NCBI RefSeq assembly: GCF_009834535.1
Contig: NC_045697.1
Location: 54,562,001-54,626,000 of the forward strand
Length of the DNA stretch: 64,000 nucleotides
Direction: 5' to 3'
From: Camelus ferus
Lineage: Eukaryota
The notes under the pieces were generated by a model that saw only the letters and a program-made list of their open reading frames with translations, was not told where the DNA came from and did no database searches. Position numbers and translations under genes: made by a program. Positions within the stretch are counted from its first letter, which is position 1; every line of letters starts with the position of its first letter. This document shows, in pieces, positions 53,401 through 62,400 of the stretch.

Positions 53401-56400
53401 TAGCTTATTTTTTCATTGACATTTCTTTAATAGCACAAACATGTCTTAAATTAATTTTTCTAGCATTTTGTCTAGAAGCATTAGTGTTCTAGAAAGTAGT
53501 ATCAGTCTTTTCACTGCAAAGTATCATCTAACATTTATATGTGTACATTTTTTGTCTGATGTCTTTTTACAGTATTGCCCTCCAACACACCAAATGTTCG
53601 CAGGACTGTGAGAACACGATCAAAACCTTTGGAATACTGGCGAGGAGAGCGTCTAGATTATCAAGGAAGGCCATCAGGTAAACTTTATGCTTTAATGTCT
53701 CAAAAAAAAATAATGGTAATTACTGCAGTTTATTGAGGTATATTATTTGCCAAGCACTGTCTTACATATATTACCTTATTTAATTTCATCCTCCAAAAAT
53801 GTGACAAGAATAGATTCAAGTCCAGATTTCTCTGATTACTAGAGATGCTGATTTTTTTTTCTCTTTGGTAGCAATATGAGGTGAGTGTGTGGCTTTACAG
53901 AGTGTTATCATTTCTATACTATCTAACAAGTTTCCTAATTGCATAAAATGAAGCACTAGATCAGAGTGTGAGAAGATTATAACTGGCAAAGATTATGTAT
54001 TCTCCATTATTATTCTTACTCCGTTTTCTTATATTGTTCTACAGAAATGGTAGAGGGTGGGAAAGAAAGTATAGTGAGTGTCATTTTAAAGTTATTTTCT
54101 TTTTTGATGGATATTTCTAAGTCAAAGTACTAAACTCACATGTAGATTACTATAAATAGTTCATTGCTGACCTTTGTTTTCTTTGTATTTTAAACCTCCA
54201 CTGATGACTGCTGATTTCAAGCAACAGAGACCATTCCATCAGTTTTCATCAGTGCTTCTAAGAAGATTTAGGATAGTAGAGACCTAAGTAAAATTGGTTG
54301 CTATTTGTTATATTTGAATTTTTAGCTATGGAATGTAGTTAGTAGTAATGTATCCTTTGGTATTTTGAAAGGAAATGTGCTATACTAATTTAAAGAGTTT
54401 TGTTTCAAGGTTTTTACTTTGCCAGGTGTGATAATTTACCCTTTTTTTGGTTAAATTTCAGGAGGATTCGTAATTGGTGGAATTCTTTCCCCAGACACAG
54501 TATCATCTAAAAGGAAAGCAAAAGAAAACTTGGGAAAAGTCAACGCAGTAGATAATAGGAAAAGGATCTGTCTTGATAATGATGAAAGAAGTATGAACTT
54601 AATCCTTATTTTAAATAACAGTGCTTTGAGAAGTAGCTCTTTGCAAATTTTGAAATATACTTCTAAAAGCTTCAGGGTAATACTACTTTAGGGTAAATTC
54701 ACTTTTTAATGTCTACTTTTTTCCCCCAGATTTTGAAAGTAAACTAATCTAATCTTTAAAAAAAATTGGTAATAGCGTAGTATAAAATATTTCCACATCA
54801 GTAAATTACCCTGTCAGTGAAGCTTATCTTTTCCATGTTCAAACTATGGTTAAAATAGACATTTTAATGAATTCTTTCTAAAGTGAATCTCATACTTCAG
54901 CTCTCTTAGAGAATGTGCAAAACACCATTTAACTTCTTGATGATGCAAGAGTTCAAGAGTTCTGTTACAATAGGCTTACAGAAAATAAGTTTGGGATGTT
55001 TGCTTCTATATTAAATCATTGTGGCTTTTGAATTTTTGTTTATCAAAGTGGTCGTTGATAAGTAAGAAGAGATCATTATGCTGCTGGCAATTTCCTTTAC
55101 AACTTGTCCATAGCTGTATTTCATACTAGATTTTTTTTTAATTGAAAAGAATTTTAAGTAAATAGTTTGTATTTTAGTGGTATTTCTTTTTGCAGAGAAT
55201 AAACTTGTGGTAAACCTGAATATACCTCTTGGAGATCCTTTGCAGCCAACGAGGGTAAAGGACCCTGAAACAAGAGAGATTATTCTTATGGGTAAGATCA
55301 GGGATGAAATTGAGAATGCTTAATTTAACAACTAGGAAGGACAAACTGTTTGCTTGAAGACTGGCCTATCTACTTTGCCTTTTTCTCCCTGGATGTCAGA
55401 GCCAAAGTCCTGTAAAGGGTCTAATTCCAGTAAGCAGCCTGTGTGAGGACTACTCTAGGGGAATTGATGGCAGACAACCTCCAGGGGACATATAGTACCA
55501 TGCATTTGTCCTCTGCCTCCCCCAGTAGGTTCTAGGCTTTCTTTGACAGGCCTGGGGGACAGTGGCTGTTTATGGAGAAGTATATAGCAAGTTAACTGGC
55601 AGACACTCAGATACACCCTTACTGTGAGACCCCAGGGATTGTGGGAAGGATTTAGACAGCCTTTTGAACTTTGAGATGCTAGTAATGGTATCTGGGGTAC
55701 AAAACCTTTGGGAGGATGACTAGCAAGGGCATGAGTCAGCCTAACAAATGACAGGCTTAGTCTTAAGGTTCTCGAAGCCTTCTGCTATACTTAATAGGCA
55801 TTAAACATTTTGTGTCTGGGAGACCATGGGAGGTTCCAAGGGACAGACTATAGTAGGGTGTTGGGGTTAAGTAGGGAACACTCAGCTATTTATCAACCAG
55901 GAGATATTTACACACAGGATATATTAACATGTTTTAATGACTATTATGACTGTACCAATGAGTACTGAGGACTATTTTTCCAAAGTTGGAGGACAAATTG
56001 GTCAAACCAGAAAGGCAGTAATGGTATTTATACTTAAAATTTTGGCTGTGGAATAGATTCCATGTAATCTCTTATGTATCAAAGTTATTTCTTTATTCAG
56101 ATTATTTATTTCGCAACAGAGTTAGAAGTTCAGGGAATTTTGTTTAGTGTAGTGTTTTAACTAAAAACATTACTATACTGTATCATATTTTTAAAGTTGT
56201 GAATGTTGTCCAGAATTCGTCACTTTTTATTTGTTGATTGAGTCCATTTTATGTATTTTCTATATCCTGCAGTCTGTGGCATTACTAACATTTCCAGATA
56301 TCCAAGGAAATAGTCAGAAGCTGATAACAGAAAAATCTATTAATTATAGATCTGGAAAGGTTTGTAAATGAAAGGGAAATTTTAAAAGTGAGTTAGTTAT

Positions 56401-59400
56401 TTGTGAGCTATAGTTAGAACTTAGGTTACTTAGTGCTTTTTACCTGATGATACATTTGTACTTTGGCTATGTTAAACTTTTTTAAGATAAGGAATTCTTT
56501 CTTGTCTCTTAGCTGATTTTGTTTTCTATCTGAGCTGTTATATGAATAATAATAATACTACATTGTTATTATTAATAGTTAAGAATTACCTAATGCTTAC
56601 TTTGTGCCAGTGTTTTAAATACTTTACACACATTAACTCATTTCATATTCACAACTCTAATGTAGATGAACTATTACTATCGCATTTTATAGAAAAGGAA
56701 ATGGAGGCACTGAGAGGATAAGCAACTTGGCTAAACTAAGGTCACATAGCTTGTAAGACAGAGAGAGGATCTGACTGCTGGTATTCTAGCTCCAAAATCA
56801 ATGTTCTTAATCATACCTATCTTTCTAAGGCAGGTTTATATCTAGAAATAACTATATGCGTGTGTATATATATTGTATCATGGAGCAATATCATTGCTGT
56901 TACTTTTGTTAATTTTTTTCCCTTAGATCTTGTGAGGCCACGAGATACATATCAATTTTGTGTTGAACATGGTGAGTTAAAAGTATATAAAACATTGGAT
57001 ACACCCTTTTTTTCTACTGGAAAATTGATACTAGGACCTCATCAAGAAAAGGGAAAGCAACATGTTGGCCTTGATACATTGGTGAGTGTATTTCTCCATA
57101 TATTTATGTTTTGCTGTTGGTACAACTCTGATTTATTGGAATTGATGAGGCATTAAAGTTGCTATTTCCTCAGAAATGATATTTTATTACTATAGTGAAC
57201 AGATAATTTTCTTATTTGTTAAATCTATTTAGAGTCAGTCACCCAAAGGCTTTTTAAAAGTACTTGTTTTGTGCATAGCAGTGTAACCTTGAGATTCAGA
57301 AGTTTAAGGAATGGTCTTTACTTAATAGAATCTTAGAAATTAGGTTCGCAAACAAATCATTATAATTTTAAAGCTGGAGGGGATTATTGAGATTAAGTCG
57401 AAATCTCATTTCTCTAATCATGCAGTTCAGTAATAAAGAAGTTAAAAGACTACTTCAAAGTCATATAACTAGTTTGCAGCAGATTGAGGACTGGGAGCGA
57501 GTTGCTTCAGTAAGTACTAAATAATACATTACTGTAAATAGCAGTATTACTGGATGAAGTTATAGTAAGACTCAAGGTGAGTCACTCTCTCTCTCTCTGT
57601 CTCTCACTGGAGACACACATCCCTGAAACATTGTATATATATCAGACAATTTCTGCATCTTGAAATTGAAAATTAAAGATTTTAAGAATCACCAGATTTT
57701 AAGAATATTTAATATTATACCAGCATTTAAAAAATATATCTAAGGTACATTTTTCAGTAAGTAACATTTTCAGTAAATAAGTAACATTTCAGGATCATGG
57801 GTTACTGGAGGACAACATTCAAAACACTTTTTTTTTTACTGACAGTTACAGTAAGCTCAAAAAGGAGAAACAAAAAGAGCATCAGGACTCTTCAGTTTAT
57901 ATTAAGGCAAATCAAGGCAAGGAAAGGAAAATGTACATATGAGAGTAAAAGTGTAATTTATTACTACATCAGTATAGTATATAGAATCCAGATTTAAAAT
58001 ACTTTAAAATATTTTTTAATCCAATCTTAAAATGTTATAGATCTCCAGGTGTTATTAAGAGAGTAAGAATAACACATTTAACTAACTGAAGTAATAGATA
58101 ATCCCTGTGTAATTATTAAGGAACAATTAATAGGGGAGGAGGGCATAGTTTAGAGGTAGAGTGCATGCCTAGCATGCATGAGATCCTGGGTTCTATCCCC
58201 AGTACCTCCATTATAAATAAATAAATAAATCTAATTACCTCCCCCTCCGAAATGAAAAAAAGAAAGAAAATTAAGGAACAATTAATAATGAAGATAAGCA
58301 TTATGAAATGTCATCATTGAACTAATAATAGTTACCCATTAAACTGTAATGCCTTTGTTATAAAAAAAAGAATATTGAATAGTAAATGTTTGAAAGTGTT
58401 TAACCTGTCTAATATTCAAAGAAATCCATGTTAAAAATAAAGGACCCTTTATAATTACTCAGTAGAAATTATTGGAAAATTGTTTATACACTTTCACTTA
58501 TGAATATAATTTCATAATTTTTTCCTAGGAAAATAAATGAAAAGTTAGGGAAGCTGGGGGTGGGAGGGTGGCAAGTATAGCTGAGTGGTAGAGCGCATAC
58601 TTAGAATGAATGAGGTTCTGGATTCAATCCCCAGTTTCTCCATTAAAAAAAGAAGTTAGGGAAGCTGAACATACATAGTTATTCATTGTAACATTGACAG
58701 TAATTGCAAGCATTAGAAATGACTGAAAATGTGCTACAGGAAGAAAATGGCTATATTTATATTTTGACTTAGTAATAAATAAACCATTATATGATAATCA
58801 GTTATATAGCACTTAGATGTTCCAGGCACTGTACTAAACATTTTTATATTAATGTAAGCATATTATTTTGAAGAATAGCCATCTGGAACACCTTTAGGAT
58901 AAACATTTAAGCAAACTGCAAGACAGAAAATTCTTTTATTTTTTTCTGACTAGAATTTAAAAATGAAAATGACAGAGATGTGAAGGAACTACAGAAAATA
59001 ACATGTTACTAGATGATTATATTTGATTTTTATTTCTTCTAAATATTGCCTTTAACTTTTCATAATGAAAATCAAAGTTAAATTTTAAAAAAAAATAATG
59101 GAGTATTTTTACATTTTAAAAAATGAAGCACACTTTTAAATATATGCTCTTGAGAAACAAAAAGAGCAAGATGGAGAACCAGCATAGGCTATTAACTCTT
59201 TCACACTCAGTTCTAGATAATCAGTAAGAGAGAAAGTAGCACAGAAGAATTAACAAATTAACCATGGGAGTTGGTTGTGGAGCTCTACTAGAAGACAAAA
59301 GGATATCAAGAAATGGAAAATATGAAAGTTTAGTGATACGAAGAACAGAAAAAAAAAAACCAAAAACCAAAACAGAAGGAGTTAAAATCCAAATGACCAA

Positions 59401-62400
59401 AAGGTAGAAATACTTGAAAAAATATTTCCAGACAATAATTGCTCCAGAACTAAAAAACAAAGTGACAGCAACACATTAAAGGAACCAGAGTTCCTTAGAG
59501 AGATGTCTGATTTCAGGCCCGGGCTGAGCTTGAAATTTTATTATACCTGACAGCAAACTGTCAAAGACCATTAAGATTGGCTCGTAAGATCTCAGAATCG
59601 AACTTGAAGACACACTACCTGGACAAAGATGCGAAAACTTGAGTATCAATAAGAATAACTTCAGTGGATTGATATACATCAATTATATCTAAATCTGTGA
59701 ATTTCTAAGACTACTACAAAAAGAAAAACTTAATTCAACACTGTTGAAGAATTCTAGGAAGCCAACCCTTAACAACAAATATGGTAAATAAAGGGAAATA
59801 ATTAAACACTTATTCTGCTGTTCTCAAATAAACTGTACTATTAGGTAACCAAATGATAAATGAGGGGAATTTTATCCTTCTTGGTAATATTCCATTTTAA
59901 CATTCCTTCTTCATTTATTAATTAGAATATTTCTATTCCAATTAATATTTCTGTTTACAACACCTGATAAATTATTGGATCTATGATCAGTGTCTGCTAA
60001 CATCTAAAAAGTGTATGACCAGATATTATGTGCCTTCAAATGGAAGTATACAACACTGTCTATGAAGTAATCTTGCCTCCCCTACCTCTTAAAAAACAAC
60101 AACAATAAAATAAACACCTCACACACACCACCACCTGAATTTGATATAGTCCTTAGAACTACCAATTCATAGGAAATAAAGAATACCGGAATCTTAAAAA
60201 AAAAGGACACAAATGAACTACTTATGATTTATAACTTAAATGACTGATTTCTTGAAAATGTGTAAGCACATTTGACTGTCCTTTGTGATTGGATTACTGC
60301 ATTCTGTTGATTCTTATTTTGTGATTGGCTTTATTCCTTTGATAACTATGCAAGTTTAAAAAGCTAAGGCTCTAAACTGTTCTTAGAAGTAATGAACAGT
60401 ACATGTATGTAAATTTAAAAATATGTGCAATATATTGTATATATGTATTTACATGCAATACATTGTATATGTGCAGTCAAATTGTATCATTTTAGCTAAT
60501 AAAACTGAAAAATGATTAAAAAAAAATAGCAGACTTTTCAAATGACACCCTGGGGTTATAATCAGCAAAATCCAGCTGTGTAAAGATTTTTAAAACAAAT
60601 TTTGTTTCTTGATTTCTTTAATAAATAAACTGCAAGGAATTAAAAAGAGAGAATCAGGTGGAATGTATAGATCAGGGTTCTCAACCATGGCACTACTGAT
60701 ATTTTGGACTGGACAATTCTTTGTTGTAGGGAGACTGTCCTGTGCATTCTGAGATGTTTAGAAGCATCCCTGACCTCTACCCACTAACTTCCAGTAGTAT
60801 CCCTTTAGTTATGAGAATTAAAAATGTCCCCAGCCATTGCCAATTGTCCCCTGAGGAGCAAAATCGCCCCCAAAGTGAGAACCATTATAGATTGAGTGAT
60901 TTAAAAGGTAGATCAAGTAGTGACCATGTGTGCCTCTTATTTGGATCTTGATTCAAATCCTTAAAAATATGATATTTAAAAGATAATTGGAAATTTGAAT
61001 ACTGAGTCGGCATTTGATAGTATATATCCATTTATTTTTAGGTGTGATAACAGTGTTGTGGTCATGTTTTTAAAAAGGACTTTGCTCTTTTAGCACACAT
61101 TGAAATATTTATAGGTGATTTATGATGCTAGGCATTCACTTCCAACTAATATGGCATGGGGAAAACAGACTCTGAATAAAGCAGGTTATTGGGGTTTGAT
61201 ATTTATTCATGGGAGTTAATCATTCTATTTTTGTGTATTTCAAAAGCATTCTTAGTAAAATGTTTGCAGAAACAGGTATGCCTAGAAGCGCCAAACTGAA
61301 TAGATAATGAAAAAACGCCTAGAAATATATATGCTTGACTTTCTGGGTAGTGTGTGTATTACCTTTTTCTATTTTTTCAGGCAAAACTTTTTGGCTATAA
61401 TAAAAAAATACTTATTTTATTAAGTTATAAGAGGACCTTTAGAAACACTTTATGAACTTTTTCCATTTACGGGGTATATTGTAGGGGCTAAGAACATGGA
61501 TTCTGGAATCAAATGCCTGAGTTCAAATCCTAGCTCTTCCATTTACACTGTCACCTTGGAAAGTTACACCCCTCTGTACGTCATTCTCTTCATCTGTGAA
61601 AAGCTTTTAAAATAGTATCTATCTCATTGGTAGATGCATACATTGAATGAGTAAAAGGAAGTGCTTAGAACAGTGGCTGGCATGGAATAAGTGCTAGATC
61701 CTAAGTGCTTGTTGCTCTTGTTTTTCTGGTATTTTAGGTTCATATTTTTTTAATAGTAGTAAGAAAAGAGAAAGGAGGAGGAGGCATAATCCTCTGAGGC
61801 AAAATATTCTTCATGGCTGAATCTCAAAATTTGAATCTCAAAGTTTGAAAGGCCCTACATTTTGTATTTAGTTGTCTAAAAAACAGGTCATTGCCAGATG
61901 CTATCTATGTATAAAATGTAAAAATTTGCCATGTTTGAATACGGAAGCCTGTATGACTGAGTGCTACATTATCCTTTTTTATTTTCTTAATGTTGATTCT
62001 TGTTTAAATGTATAATTTTTTTTTCTTTTTATTCTTTGATTTGTCCGATTAAGTTGCGTGTCCCAAGCATGTAACCTTTAAAGAGGTGCACATAAAACTT
62101 AGCTATTTTTCTAGTATATCTAAGTGATATTACAGTGGTTGTTCTGAATTTTCATAAACTAGTAAATAAAAAGGAAGAGCAAAAGAAATTTCTTCCTGTA
62201 TTTGTTTTCTGTTACTTCTGTAACAAATTACCACAAACTTAAACAACATTCACTTATTATCTCACAGTTTTGTAGGTTAAAAATTGAGTGGGCTTGGCTG
62301 AGTGCTCTGTTTAGTGTCACAAGACTGGAATCAAGATGTTGGGAGATCTGCATTCCTCTCTGAAGGCTCTTAGAATAAATCTGCTTTCAAATTCATTCAG

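Noticed and set aside
21757..55197. Out-of-frame neighbouring AGs at exon 6 (+5 nt), exon 11 (+2 nt) and exon 16 (+2 nt)
   Set aside because: They would frameshift, and such near-acceptor AGs are common; the homology-consistent sites were chosen.
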